Source of the DNA: Andalucia godoyi And28
Lineage: Eukaryota; Protista; Jakobida
Assembly (NCBI GenBank): GCA_009859145.1
Contig: VRVR01000037.1
Span: forward strand, 76,892 to 140,891
Direction: 5' to 3'
Length of the DNA: 64,000 nucleotides
The notes under the pieces were generated by a model. That model had not been told where the DNA came from and made no database searches. It was given only the letters and a program-made list of their open reading frames with translations. Both the position numbers and the translations under genes were made by a program. Positions 1 to 12,500 of the stretch are shown in pieces (within the stretch, counting starts at the first letter, position 1; each line of letters begins with the position of its first letter).

Positions 1-2
1 GC

Positions 3-3000
3 AAAGGGCTGTCCTTTTCCAAATCCGAGATCAAACTTTATGTTAACGGTCGGATGGAGGAGCGATTTCCTTTGAAGTTTCCGAAAGTTTCAAGAGAGTT
101 TTCGCAATGTCGCATTGCCTGCAATTCATTGGTGGATTCCATGAAGTTGTACAGGGAAAATCCTCTATGGGGACAAATGGGAAATATTTACTTGTTTGAT
201 GATGTGATTTCCAGTGGCCAAGTTTCTGTGATGTATGAGCTGGGACCGAATGTTTTGACAACATTTCACCCTGCTGAGATCCCCATGGTTACGGACACTG
301 AGCAGAAACAATCTGTGACGTTTGATGGAAGCTTGTCTTCGAAGTTGTATCTTAGTTACAATGCGAAAGCTTGTGAGCAATGGAAGTATGCGTTTGATTG
401 TTCGGGAAAGCCCGACAAGAATGATGCGCGTATCCGAAGGGGGACTCAGCGATGCGTAACGCATAGCGTGAGAGATCTGATCGGATGTTTGGGTGGCATT
501 CAGGTGTTGCTACCTTTCTTTTTATTCTTGAATACGCATCATATTGATCGAGGAACGGAAGGGCTAATCGTATCACGCTTGTTGTCGCTTGTCATTGAAT
601 TGGTTCGGGACCATCGCGACAATCAGGAAGATCTTGAGCGATGCCATGGATTGGCTGTAATTGGGTACCTGCTGAAGAAAACGAATCCTGTCCATTTGAC
701 AATTGATATTCTTCGGCGACTGAAAGATGCCATTACCTGCTTCGAGCGCAACGATTCGCTTTATCGACGAGCGGTTTTATGCTTCTTCTTCGACACTGAT
801 ATCTGGACCCGGGCGTCTGGCGAGATTCAGAGACAGTGGTTGGAAACGTGCTTTGAATATGTTGCAAAGGATGCTTCCGATACGAGTTTCACGGGCCATT
901 TCTTACGCCGAGATTTTGGAGTTCAAGGATACCTGGACTTGATTCGAAACCATTACACTTCCGATCGGATTCTACCGGTTGTTCCGAAGAGCATGGAGCT
1001 TGGAGATGGGTTTGCGATGAGCCCAGCTCCTGTGAGTCGAACGTCTTCCACGGGCTCCGTTGCTTTTGCCTCCGTCCGATCAACGTTGCTGAACACTCGA
1101 GACATCGGTGGTCTTCGGAAGCTCGTGGTGGAAACTGTGAAGACTCTCGTTTCAGGCAGCCCGAATTCGAAAGAAGTACAGTCTTTAGTGCGATTTTTGT
1201 CCGTTTCCAAAGACCCGTCTGCTATTCAGGATGTCCTTGGTTTATTCCTTGATTTTGCCTTTCTAAACAGTCAATTTGCTTTAATGGCGCTGGCGGAAGC
1301 AAATGCAATAGACCTGCTGACATACTTGCTCGCTTCCGAGAACGCGCGAGTTCGTGTGCTGGCCTTGAAGGCGCTTTCACGGTTGTGGGAGAAGTATCCA
1401 GCGTGTGTTGCGGACCCGTTAGGGTTGTCCACGGTAATTCAAAACCTAACTCTTTACCCTCTCGAGAAGGACGGCATGCACATCCTGTTTGCTATTCTCA
1501 TCTCCGAGGTGGCACTGATGACCGAAGAAGTGGATTTCAACAAAGCGCAGTGCCGCATTATTCATCCGTCAATCCTCATTATTTTGTTCCGCTCTGCTTT
1601 CAACGCCTCCCCCAGCCTACGGATTCTCGTGATGCGCAACCTGTTGGAACTGTTTCGCCCTTCTCTTTCGCATCGAGCTCAGAATATTTCGTGTTTCGGC
1701 GATGTGCTGAATTGGCAGTGGTACATTTTCCGACTGTTGATTCGGCAAAAAGCAGAAGCGAGTGCTGATCTCTATGTGCAGCTCGAAGTGTTGATCATTG
1801 ATTTGTTCAAAGTTGTCTTCACGGAAGCACTGCTTTCGAAGAAGCATGGGTGGCGAGTTGTCGAGGATTCTATTTTGCTGTTTCATCGAGTGTTAATCGC
1901 CAATGTCCGCAAAGAAGAGTACTATGTTCTTTCCGAGTCGAATGTCCCCGATGTTGCACCGCCGCTTGTAGACCATATCGTCTTTCAACGGAGCTTGATT
2001 TCCCATATTCTGCACCATTTCAGTTATTGCCTTAAGGATGGCACGCTTCCGTCGGTGATGAAGCTCAATGATGGCATCGCACTCGAGAACATCGCCCATT
2101 TCGTTATTCTCGTGGAGGACTTTTTGTTTTACACATGTCCAGACTTGGAACTTAACTACTTCGAAGAAAAGGATCACAAATACAGCTCTGCCTTGACGGG
2201 CAGGGAATTGGAAGGTTTTCGGCACCATGTGGTGTTTCCGCATATGCACGTTGGAGACGAAGAGGATTCATTTGCGCACGTGTGGGAGGATATTGATCTT
2301 GCTGAAATTCTGGTTTCCTTGTTGGACGCCTGGCAGTTGCTCACGATTGCTGACTTTGATGCCTTTCATCCATTACGCTCATCTTCAAAGCATGTGCACT
2401 TCCGAAGCGGGGGTACAATTCGTATTGCGTTGCGGCTGATTCGCCAGTCTCTGTTGCGCAACCCAGCTAAAGCAGCGGCAAACGTTCGCCGACTTCAGAC
2501 GATTCTTGAACGAGACGAAGAAGCAGAAAAGGAGAGATTGCGATTTTCAGAACTGTGGACCGTGACTGGAGATGTAGAGGAAAACGATGAATTCCACGTT
2601 CGCTTCATGCATGTACTTGCAATTGCGTACGAGGCATACCGACTGTATGTGGAAAAGAACTTTGTTCCACATGACGCCGAAGTTGCAAACCTCATTTTCT
2701 TCATGTTTCGCAGACGCCCGGACCTTCTCAAGGACCACATTCACAAGAACAATTACTCGATCTACGACGCCTACCCAAGTCTTCGAACTGGGAATGCCTC
2801 TCCGAGCCTGTTGCAGGAGGTTATCTGTGATGAGACTTGGAATCGATATTTTACATCGTATTTGAAAGTATTCAGAAACAATGAGGAGAATCAAGAGACG
2901 ACGTTTATCCCAGGATTGATTGAGCTGCGCGTTAACCGTCTTCGGTACTTGGTTGAGCAGATGGATGGGAGAATCCGAGACTCTGGTGTCACACGTCAAG

Positions 3001-6000
3001 TTCAGGAAGACAGGATCTTGCGACTACGCAAGGAGATCACAGAAGAAACGACCACTCGCTTCAGGATGGTCAAGGAGGAGAAAAAGGCTTTGGAGGTAAC
3101 GTCTGAAAACATTCTGAACCGCATTCTCCGGATCGTCCAAGATGAGCGCGGTGCTTGGTCTCTGGTTTCGTTTGTGCGAAGCCACCAGGATCGCAAAAGC
3201 AAGAAACGACAAGTTTCCCGGATCGCGAAGAACCGGGTTCGTGCTTTACGTGCAACAGAAAGTGCGCCAGTAGATGACCCTTCTGATTCTCCGTCTGTCA
3301 TCGCACCGCCTACTCCAGGCGGTCGGTCTGCTTCTGCCGATTCTGGCTTTGCCGATTCTATTGACGGCGATGTGTCCTCCGATCGACGTCTCGTATCGAA
3401 TGGCGACAGCACATCCGATGACGAAGCGGCCGTCTCCGACGGAGAGGAAGATTCTTTTGTTGTCAAGGAAGCCCCCGAAATGTTCTGGAAGTTGGATAGG
3501 ACGGAGGATTCGCTTGGTGCTCACCGCAGAATCAAGAGAAATTACGAAGGCCATCGTCATACAGGGGCTTCGAATAATCGCGATCGGCGATCCAACAAAC
3601 TAGAAAATGTGGAATCGGCACAGGAAGCGGTGGCAAAGTCCTTGCAGTCTCTGCTGTCTACCTCTACGGCCATTCCATCGTCCGCTGCTGAAGAGGAAGA
3701 CAACGCCATTGTCGACCTCGAAAGCGAGCTTGCCTCGATGACGAACTCCGAGACGACGTCGGACAGTTCTGTCGCAACCTCTGCCACAGCTACCGCGGGG
3801 GCATCGTCTTTAGCGACGAATCCTTTTGAATTGACAGCTGGATTGCCAACGTTTTCCGAAGAGAAGCATGTGTTCTCCTGCGAATCGCAGATGGTTTGGC
3901 CGATGTACACCATTGCAGGATCTCTGGAGATCACGACCCTCGGACTCTACTTCCGCCCGTCGGATGACGAGAAAATCCCGGAGATCATTTCGAAGCGACC
4001 TCCGAAAATCAGATTTTGGCCGAAAGAGGATATCATCGACATCCGATTGCGTCGGTTCAAGCTGGTCAAGTCTGGTTTGGAAATTCATTTTGCAGATCGG
4101 AAATCCGTGTTCTTGAATTTCCCAGAGGGAAAAGCAAAGGTAAGAAATCGAGTTATTTCGAAGATTCTGTCCGTGAGACCGCCGCGCTTAAGGCAGTCGT
4201 TTGCATTGAGTCCGGAAGAAGAGCTGAAGCGCTCCAACATTACAGAACTCTGGAGAAGACGGCAGCTCTCGAATTTTGAGTACTTGATGAGATTGAACGA
4301 TCTTGCAGGACGATCATACAATGACCTGTCGCAGTATCCGGTCTTTCCCTGGATTCTTGCGGACTATGCTTCGGAAGTTCTGGACTTGACTAACCCAAAG
4401 TCGTTCCGCGATCTTTCCAAACCAATGGGTGCGCAGAATCCAGATCTGCTGGAAGTCGTGCTAGAGCGGTACCACGGCATGCAGGGTGACAGCAGTATTC
4501 CTGCCTTCCATTACGGTTCGCACTATTCGTCTGCCGGGGTTGTCCTGTACTACATGATTCGACTGGAACCGTTTACGTCGTACCACATTTTGCTCCAAGC
4601 TGGCAAGTTCGACCATGCAGATCGGCTGTTCTTTGACATTTCCAACACGTACAACAATATTCTGACGAATATGTCGGACGTGAAGGAATTGATTCCGGAG
4701 TTTTTCTATCTTCCGCATATGTTCCGTAACCTTAACAACTTGGACATGGGGACCCGTCAAACAGGCTTAAAGCTTGGTGATGTGATTTTGCCAAAATGGG
4801 CGAAGGGTTCCTCGGAGGAATTTGTTCGACTGCATCGTGAGGCGCTGGAAAGTGACTACGTCAGTGAGCGTCTGAATGACTGGATAGATTTGATTTTCGG
4901 CTGGAGGCAGCGTGGGCAGGCAGCTGTGGATGCGCACAATCTGTTCTACTATTTGACGTATGAAGGCGCTGTCGATCTGGAGACCATAGAAGATCCGATA
5001 GTTCGAGCGTCCATGGAAGCGCAGATTGAAAACTTTGGCCAAACTCCTTCTCAGCTGTTCAAGAAGCCACATCTGAAGCGCATCAAAGCGGACCCGTATA
5101 ATGGCCATTTTCTCTCACGACCGTCTGCGATGAAAGCGTACTTTGAATTGACGAAGGCCTCTTCTACTGCCATTGTGTTTCTCCAAATGCGCGGAGATCG
5201 GGTGTTCTCTGCTTGTGCAGCAGGTACATTTGGAATTCATCGAATCGCATTGTCGAACTTAAGCTCCAGTGCAGCAGCTATGGAAGGACCGATCGTTTCA
5301 CCGGGCGGCGTGCAACTGCCGTCTGATAAATCGGGAGAGCAGTCCAAGGCCAGTGGTGTGGCATCTCTTCCGTTTGTTTTCTACGTCGATCCTTCAATGC
5401 CAACTCGGAAACGTATGGCAACCGCATCGCACGCGCTGACAAAACCCGCATCCTCATCCTATTCGATCGGTGTTATTGGCGGGAAGGAAGTATCTTTCTC
5501 TGCTGGTCATTGGGATGGGTCGTTCAAGTGCGCGGTTGTGGTATCCGGACAGCTTGTTCAGAGTATGTGGCGCCACAGAGATCTTGTGACGTGCCTTTCA
5601 GTGTCCCGGGATTCGCGCACGCTCGTTACTGGTTCCAGGGACACGACTGTCATGGTTTGGGACATCTTTCCCACTGCAACTTCTTCGAATTCCACCTCTT
5701 CCTCTTCTCAATCGTTGTCCAATGCTTCGATTGCCGCGAATTCAGGAATGGCGACTCCTGCTGCGTCAACTTCAACAATGGGCGCAGTCTCTCTCGCCGG
5801 CGTCACGTCACAGTCTCTTATCGCTTCTTCGTACAATCACTCCAAGCATACATATGGGTACGGTGTTTCTTCTCTACCCATTTCGCAGTTTCCACGACAT
5901 GTTCTGTTTGGACATGACATGGAAGTAACCTGTGTGGCCGTGAACGAGGAATTGGATTTGGTGGTGTCTGGCTCGGAAGACGGGTCTTTAATGCTGCATT

Positions 6001-6422
6001 CCCTTATCAAAGGTCGGTACATACGGTCTTTGTACCATCCAAATCGATGCGCTGTGGACCTCCTGGCAGTTTCCAGAAACGGCGACATTGTGTTTTATTC
6101 AAAATTGGATTTCTGCATGTTTGCGTACTCGATCAATGGCCAGTTACTGAAGGCCGAGGATGCTGGAGAATGCTTGCATGCCATTGTTCTTTCTGATGAT
6201 GGACGATATGTTCTCACGGGAGGCATTTCCAAGGTTCTGACGATTCGTCGTTTGCACAATCTCGAGGTCGTTTACCGGTTTCCGTCAATTGACAAGGTCA
6301 TTACCAGTCTGGAGGTCTCGGCGGACCAAAGGTATGTTTTCATCGGTACCAGTGAGGGGTCCATCATAGTCTATTCGGTCAACTTGAGTGCGCTGCGAGA
6401 TGCTCCTGCCATCGACGTTTAA
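3..6422 (+). CDS. BEACH-domain protein (neurobeachin/LRBA/NBEAL-like; ConA-like, DUF4704-type region, PH, BEACH, WD40), 5'-truncated by the window edge
   Basis: The frame is open from position 3 (KGLSFSKSEIKLYVNGRMEE..., ConA-like strand), so the ATG at 54 is probably internal. BEACH motifs: WRRRQLSNFEYLMRLNDLAGRSYNDLSQYPVFPW, HYGSHYSS, FDHADRLF, DVKELIPEFFY, ENFGQTPSQLF. C-terminal WD40 repeats (LVTGSRDTTVMVWD, VVSGSEDGSLMLH). Stop TAA at 6420-6422. Confidence 0.95.
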   Translation, partial: KGLSFSKSEIKLYVNGRMEERFPLKFPKVSREFSQCRIACNSLVDSMKLYRENPLWGQMGNIYLFDDVISSGQVSVMYELGPNVLTTFHPAEIPMVTDTEQKQSVTFDGSLSSKLYLSYNAKACEQWKYAFDCSGKPDKNDARIRRGTQRCVTHSVRDLIGCLGGIQVLLPFFLFLNTHHIDRGTEGLIVSRLLSLVIELVRDHRDNQEDLERCHGLAVIGYLLKKTNPVHLTIDILRRLKDAITCFERNDSLYRRAVLCFFFDTDIWTRASGEIQRQWLETCFEYVAKDASDTSFTGHFLRRDFGVQGYLDLIRNHYTSDRILPVVPKSMELGDGFAMSPAPVSRTSSTGSVAFASVRSTLLNTRDIGGLRKLVVETVKTLVSGSPNSKEVQSLVRFLSVSKDPSAIQDVLGLFLDFAFLNSQFALMALAEANAIDLLTYLLASENARVRVLALKALSRLWEKYPACVADPLGLSTVIQNLTLYPLEKDGMHILFAILISEVALMTEEVDFNKAQCRIIHPSILIILFRSAFNASPSLRILVMRNLLELFRPSLSHRAQNISCFGDVLNWQWYIFRLLIRQKAEASADLYVQLEVLIIDLFKVVFTEALLSKKHGWRVVEDSILLFHRVLIANVRKEEYYVLSESNVPDVAPPLVDHIVFQRSLISHILHHFSYCLKDGTLPSVMKLNDGIALENIAHFVILVEDFLFYTCPDLELNYFEEKDHKYSSALTGRELEGFRHHVVFPHMHVGDEEDSFAHVWEDIDLAEILVSLLDAWQLLTIADFDAFHPLRSSSKHVHFRSGGTIRIALRLIRQSLLRNPAKAAANVRRLQTILERDEEAEKERLRFSELWTVTGDVEENDEFHVRFMHVLAIAYEAYRLYVEKNFVPHDAEVANLIFFMFRRRPDLLKDHIHKNNYSIYDAYPSLRTGNASPSLLQEVICDETWNRYFTSYLKVFRNNEENQETTFIPGLIELRVNRLRYLVEQMDGRIRDSGVTRQVQEDRILRLRKEITEETTTRFRMVKEEKKALEVTSENILNRILRIVQDERGAWSLVSFVRSHQDRKSKKRQVSRIAKNRVRALRATESAPVDDPSDSPSVIAPPTPGGRSASADSGFADSIDGDVSSDRRLVSNGDSTSDDEAAVSDGEEDSFVVKEAPEMFWKLDRTEDSLGAHRRIKRNYEGHRHTGASNNRDRRSNKLENVESAQEAVAKSLQSLLSTSTAIPSSAAEEEDNAIVDLESELASMTNSETTSDSSVATSATATAGASSLATNPFELTAGLPTFSEEKHVFSCESQMVWPMYTIAGSLEITTLGLYFRPSDDEKIPEIISKRPPKIRFWPKEDIIDIRLRRFKLVKSGLEIHFADRKSVFLNFPEGKAKVRNRVISKILSVRPPRLRQSFALSPEEELKRSNITELWRRRQLSNFEYLMRLNDLAGRSYNDLSQYPVFPWILADYASEVLDLTNPKSFRDLSKPMGAQNPDLLEVVLERYHGMQGDSSIPAFHYGSHYSSAGVVLYYMIRLEPFTSYHILLQAGKFDHADRLFFDISNTYNNILTNMSDVKELIPEFFYLPHMFRNLNNLDMGTRQTGLKLGDVILPKWAKGSSEEFVRLHREALESDYVSERLNDWIDLIFGWRQRGQAAVDAHNLFYYLTYEGAVDLETIEDPIVRASMEAQIENFGQTPSQLFKKPHLKRIKADPYNGHFLSRPSAMKAYFELTKASSTAIVFLQMRGDRVFSACAAGTFGIHRIALSNLSSSAAAMEGPIVSPGGVQLPSDKSGEQSKASGVASLPFVFYVDPSMPTRKRMATASHALTKPASSSYSIGVIGGKEVSFSAGHWDGSFKCAVVVSGQLVQSMWRHRDLVTCLSVSRDSRTLVTGSRDTTVMVWDIFPTATSSNSTSSSSQSLSNASIAANSGMATPAASTSTMGAVSLAGVTSQSLIASSYNHSKHTYGYGVSSLPISQFPRHVLFGHDMEVTCVAVNEELDLVVSGSEDGSLMLHSLIKGRYIRSLYHPNRCAVDLLAVSRNGDIVFYSKLDFCMFAYSINGQLLKAEDAGECLHAIVLSDDGRYVLTGGISKVLTIRRLHNLEVVYRFPSIDKVITSLEVSADQRYVFIGTSEGSIIVYSVNLSALRDAPAIDV

Positions 6423-6541
6423 CTGTTGTTACGTGATAGTAAAAGAGCTTTATCTAAAAGAAGGCATTATTATTATTATTATTATTATTATTGGTGCATA
6501 GCTGACACGAGTTGTCAAAACAAACCGTGCTTTTTTGCCGT

Positions 6542-9500
6542 CTAGAACCAAGCTTGATAGGTCGGATTCATGTTTGCCAAGTTCGAGACATTTCTCGCGG
6601 CCTGGATAAGTCGATAAACACGATCGTTGACGATTTTTGCAGACTCGACAGCTTCTAATGCGGTGAGAGGAGCCACTTCCGCACATCGATTCATGATCAC
6701 GTTCACATTCTTATTCGCTCTTTCACGAAATTCGGTTTCATTCGCAGGCAAATGCTTGCCACCGAAAAACGCACCATTCGACGGACCAACAGGATTCGCG
6801 AACGCCAGTACGTAATCGTAGGTTTGTTCCAAAGTCAACACAGAAGACAAGACAGGACCGGAGGAGGCAGACGGAAGCGCAGGCCCCGGCGTGCCGGTCG
6901 TCGTTGGACCGGGCGGCGGGCCACTTTGGGAATGCTGAGACGCATTCGATGGAGTGAGTGAACCCGATTGCGGGATGCCCCCCGCGGTAGGAGTAGAGCC
7001 CGGTGCTTGAGGCAGATTGCCAAATGTCGGTTTGACATCTGCGGATGCTGCACTGGGAGTACCCGCAGAAGCCTGCGGCATCGAACCAAGATTCGCATTC
7101 ACAGAAGCAGATGCAGAAGGCATTGGCATCGGAGGAACTTGCGAAGGAAGCAGTGCACCGCCTGGAGAAGCCAATGGGCCACAAGACGGTGATGATGACA
7201 CAGATGGCGAGAATACCGACTGAACGTAGCCTGCTGGAAGAGGTTGCGAAGAATGACGAAGAAACATCCAATGTGTAACTTCATCTCGAACATACAGTCG
7301 GATCACGTTCTCCAACAATGACCGATTCTTGTTCAGCGACGCAGCAGCGGCTGACATGCATCCCAAGTACAGTCCCTCGATGCCAAAAATCGACAGAAGA
7401 TTCTCAATCTCGGGTGTCAAACGGAAAGGAACGCGCTCATACGGGTCAATGGCACACGTATCTGCGTGGAATTGCGGGTGGTACATCCACTGACCAAGTT
7501 GCCCGGTTGCCAGAGAAACGGAAATTTTGTCTGGAGTCCTGCGCTCAATGCCTAGAATATATTCGAGCAAAGAATACACTGCCAATTGAGTGGTAAGTTG
7601 TCGTCGGAAAGCATAAAACGATGAGAACGATTCAAACCGCTGCAACAAGGCATTCTTCAAGAAAAACGGTCCGTCAAGACTTGACGACGAAGACTTGACG
7701 CTCAGCTGTGTAAGAGAGGCCTGACGATCCAAAAGCGTTGCAAACGCTGCCACTGGGTCATGTCTGCATGATTCATAAGCTCGCCAAAACGCGTCGTAGT
7801 GCCAGTCAATCGGCACGGCAGCCTTCATCGCATGCGAATGCTGGATCTGCTCGAAGGAGACCCACGATGAAGACGTCGCGTGTTGTGACAAGGATGACTG
7901 GAAAGCTATGGGCGGTGGCAACCGTAAGGCTGTATGCGGCTGCATTGCATTTTGAAGCGCGGCGCCGGCCGATTGTCGAGCGACGGCTGTGGACGAATAA
8001 GATAAACCCGAAACGGCGCCCGCATGAGAAGAAGTGGAGGAAAAGAAGACAGATGCAATGGACGGTGCAGTCTGTGTTTGCTGCGCATTCTGAGAATTGG
8101 ATCCTGATGATTGCGACGGCTGACTGGACTGCGATTGCAACTGTTGCAACTGTTGCTGACTAGGGAAAAAGGCATCATACATCGAAAATGGCTTCTGCTC
8201 GCGGTGGAACGCACCATCAAGACCCTCCGGTTCTGAAACGAACCGAATTCGCTGAGACAACGGAACAGAAACCTGCAAGTGCAAACCAGCTCCGCGGCGG
8301 CGCACATCACGTGACCGTTCAAGAATCCGGTTGATCTGTGCCAAAACGTGAACAATACGGTCATGCGAGCGCATAGTGACCAGCGTCTCAGAAGACATGC
8401 AAGATACCACAACAAACGGATACAGCCTACCCGACTGCGCACGCGCAACAATGCGACGGCAGCGAACTCCAGCTCTTTGAACAGACCGAGCTTCCGAGAG
8501 GAAGCCGTCCAATCTATCATGCTTGTCCACAGACGGCTCTCGCAAAGGCTCTGAAATGGAGGTTGAGAGATACTGTCCCGGAATTTCGGTTTCGGACGCC
8601 ACATGCTCTGCGAGATACCGCGACAGTGTGTCCAAAGGCTGCACATCCGTCAAGGGAGCAATGCGTGACCCAAGCATTACCAGCCAATTCTTTAGCTCTG
8701 AACGAAGCTCGCCAACCGTCAGTTGTTTCAAAACATACATGAAATTGGGTCCACCATTGCTCGACGGAGGAGTCGGAGACGCGCCCAACTGAACAGAAGT
8801 CACATGTCCAGGAACCGCAATTTCGTTGAAAAACTCTTTCCGGAATCGCTGACTGTTTTCCCTGAAAAACGAGGAAGAGCGAATGACTTCGCCCTCGAGG
8901 GGGAAATACAGTGTTAGAATGCCGAGCATTTCATTCTTGATGGACGGAGGAACAGGTTGTGACGGATGCGCCCCTGCACACCAGCGGGCAACATACCCTA
9001 AGGCACGGGCGAGTTCTTCTTCTGTTTCAGGCTTCAACCGCGAACCAACTTCCTTCAGGATCGTTTCGATCTCGTGCAAAAAGGGGGTCGCCGAAGCAAG
9101 AAGCTGCTGCATGACTTCGTCGGAGTACTTGCGGATCGATTGCAATGGCAACGGATCAAAGCGGGTGGTTGAGGCGGGAGGCGACGACAAAGACGGAATC
9201 GGTCCCGGAGGAGGACCGCTGTTGGCAGTCGATTGCGCAGCAGGTGCATTTGGCGTCCCGACGTTCGACACGGCGGCGGTGACAGAGGGCGTCGATGGAG
9301 GCGGGGCAGTCGTCCCCACATTAGGAACAGACCCCTGAAGCAACAGTGGAGCACCACTGCCTGACAGTCCAGTGGTCGATGCTGACATCGTGGCAGACGT
9401 AGGGACCACCGCGGAAACGGATCCAACATTCTGCGGAATGGCAGGTGCTGAAACACTCTGTCCTGAACCAGGACGACGCAACGGATCCGCGGACACCTGC

Positions 9501-12500
9501 CCTGGGACATTCACAGGACCTGAGCGAGGTGATGGTGGAATGGACGTCGGCGGCTGCTGGGACTGAGGGGGCGGTGTTGCAGCACGGACGCTAGAAACCT
9601 GCGACGTCGCCGCAGTCGCTGCGGGACCGCCAGCTGTCGACGGAGGACCACTCTGGGAAGCACCAGGAGGAGCACCAGGAGGAACAACGGAACCACCGAC
9701 ACGTTGTTTGACGAGATAGTAGAAGGATCGCAGCTCGTAGTAGATGGCTTGGGGATAGGCACGAGTCAGCAACAGAACAATAGGTTTGACCAACGTAGCC
9801 TCTGGTCGCGCTAGTCCAGCGATAAGATTCTGCATGAGTGGTAACCACAACCATGTGGGCATTCCAGTGATGCATGCCTCAAACGCTTTTGCAATATTGC
9901 CAGATCGGTCTTCGGTCTGCAACAAACAAAGAACGCGAGCCAGATACAAGCGCGCCACCGGTTCCGATGCTGTCAAGGATGCAGGCGAGATATGATAGTA
10001 GTGGGGAGCGAGATACGTGGTTGCGACAGCAGACGATGCCTGCTGGGAAGACACCGGTGCTGCTGGCTGGCCGGGACCTGCTGATGCTGCTGTTTGACCT
10101 GGTGCTCCCGATGGAGCTGTAGTTCCTGCCTGGCCATTCGCGGAAACTGAAGGGTTTGGAACAGCGGTACCAATAGGTGGTGGATGCATAGACCCAGAGG
10201 CCGAGTACCGGATGGCTTGCATGTACGACTGCACGGCAAACTCGGCCCAGAATGTATCCTTCTCCGACCGAGTGAGCATCGAATCACAGAATTTGCCCCA
10301 GGCCAACCACGTTCTTGGTGCCAAGGGAAAGGCAGAACACGCAGCAGCAAACTCTGCATACGCTGTATCGTTCTGCTGGAGACGTTGGTATAACTGTGCT
10401 CGGAGACGCAAGATGTCTGCTCTCTGTTGGTTCACGAGACGCTCGAGAACTTCTTGCTTTAGGACTTCGAGAGCACCAGGCCACTGCGCTTCATGTTGAA
10501 ATGCGCATTTCGCAGATTCGTACACATAAACGAAATGCTCATCTCTGTACGTATCTCGATTTCGCATTTCCTTCAACGACGCGAGACACAAATCCGAACA
10601 TCTCTGTTTCCGTGCGATATGCGCAAACTTGAACACCGTCCAGGATATTTCGGATTGTGCGAGCAACGCAGGACTCGGTTGCTGAGCAGCCTCCGGTCCC
10701 GACGTTGCAGACGGAGGGTTGCCGTACAGCGACAAGATATGCTGTAAAAAGTGTCGTCGCCATGTAGAAATATCATTCCACAAAGACAAATCCTCCCACT
10801 CTCCTGGGAGACGATCTCGCCACAGTTGCAACAATGTGCTGATGTCTCGGGGTTGGATAACTTGCGCCGCGGGAGGAGCGCCTTGGCCTGCCGCAAATGA
10901 TGCTGCGCGTAGTTTATCCAGATCCGTGAGCATACGGGTAGATTCCATCATTTCTTGAAGTTGCTGGAAATTATGAAGCATCAGAAAATGCGAAGGAGTG
11001 CGAAATTCCGGCAGGGCAGCCCATCTCTGAACCGCAAGAGTAACTGCCTGTTGTGCATGCAACTCCGCCTCGCGTAATCGATTCTCAATCAAAGAACTCG
11101 TGATTTGGAACATCTTCAGAAGATGCACGTCATGGATGGATGGCTTTTCGTCGAGGCATCCCTTCACTTGCTTCCATTGTCCTCGCATCCACAAACATTC
11201 TAAGCGCAAAGCCGCAAAACCGCTTTCCTCGGCAAACCGCTTCAAATCCTCCCATTGCTGCAACTTCCGAGCAATCGCGAGGAATTTATCCTCATGCACT
11301 GAACGCTCGGCAGCTTGGAATTCTTCTGTAATAGGTGTGTCGATCATCAAGGCCATGGAATCACGCAGCAATGCTTGCGCTAAGGGCCATTCGCCGTGCT
11401 GCTCCAACGACACAATGAGTTTGAGTGCATCCGAGAATGGAACCGCGCGATGCAGACCGGACAGCACATCCTCTTCGCCCAATAACTTGTAGAGTTCGGC
11501 CAAAGCTTCGTACGACAGCTCAGCGACATGCGCATGGACAGTAGGGATGGAAGACCGCGCGATGTGCAACAGCGAAGCCGACGAAGGCCCAGAAATCTGA
11601 GAACTTGCTGCTGCTGCTGCTGCTGCGGCGGCGGCGGCGGCGGCAGCAGCACTCGAGTGCGAAACCTGAGAGGCAGTGGGCGCCGTAGATGTGGATGCCG
11701 CCATCATGGAAGACGCGCCGGCGGCAGCAATGGCCAGATTGTTGGCACGGACATAAAGATAATGCGACAGCAGCCGCTCAAGCCCTGGAATTGCCAAATG
11801 CCAGGCGTTGAACGTCTTTCCAATAAACTTCATGACGTCGGGAGACACGGCGACGGGAGGACTGCAGGCGAGCGTCCCTTCTAGCAAACAACGAACCACA
11901 TTATACGGCTTCAGGTACTGGCGTTTCTGATAGTCTCGAGTGAGAAGCAGCAATAATGGCCTCGTCATGGCCGCTCGTTCTTCCGGAAGCAGTGTGGACC
12001 AAATGCGCGGAAACAGATGAACCCACAAATCTTGCGCAAGAGACGGAACAGCATCAATGCAGAGGCGGACTGCTTCCAAGGTCGTACCCGCTGAACATCT
12101 TGAAGTTGTGGCACGATGTAGAAAAGATGATATCGACGATCGCATTTCTGCAGAGATATGAAGATCATCGCTCGTTTCAATGTCCATAGACGAAACGGTC
12201 TCGTTTGTCGATTCAGGAGCTGCAACAGACGACAAGCAGAATTTGGGGAGCAGTCGATCGTGTGCAGTTTGGAGACAGGAATCGGCGGACATCGGGGCCT
12301 CAATTCCAATCATCAAGAAAAACGCCAGAGCAAACTGAATCCAAAACACGTCAGAAACTGCTTCCCAGTTGTCAGATTGCGTGACATACAACAGCCATGA
12401 ATAAATATCCCGAGAAAACGATTCTCTGACCTTTCGTTCATCCACGGAAGAAGCGGGGGGACCGAACACCATGGACACGATCCAAGAGGCGAACTGGCGA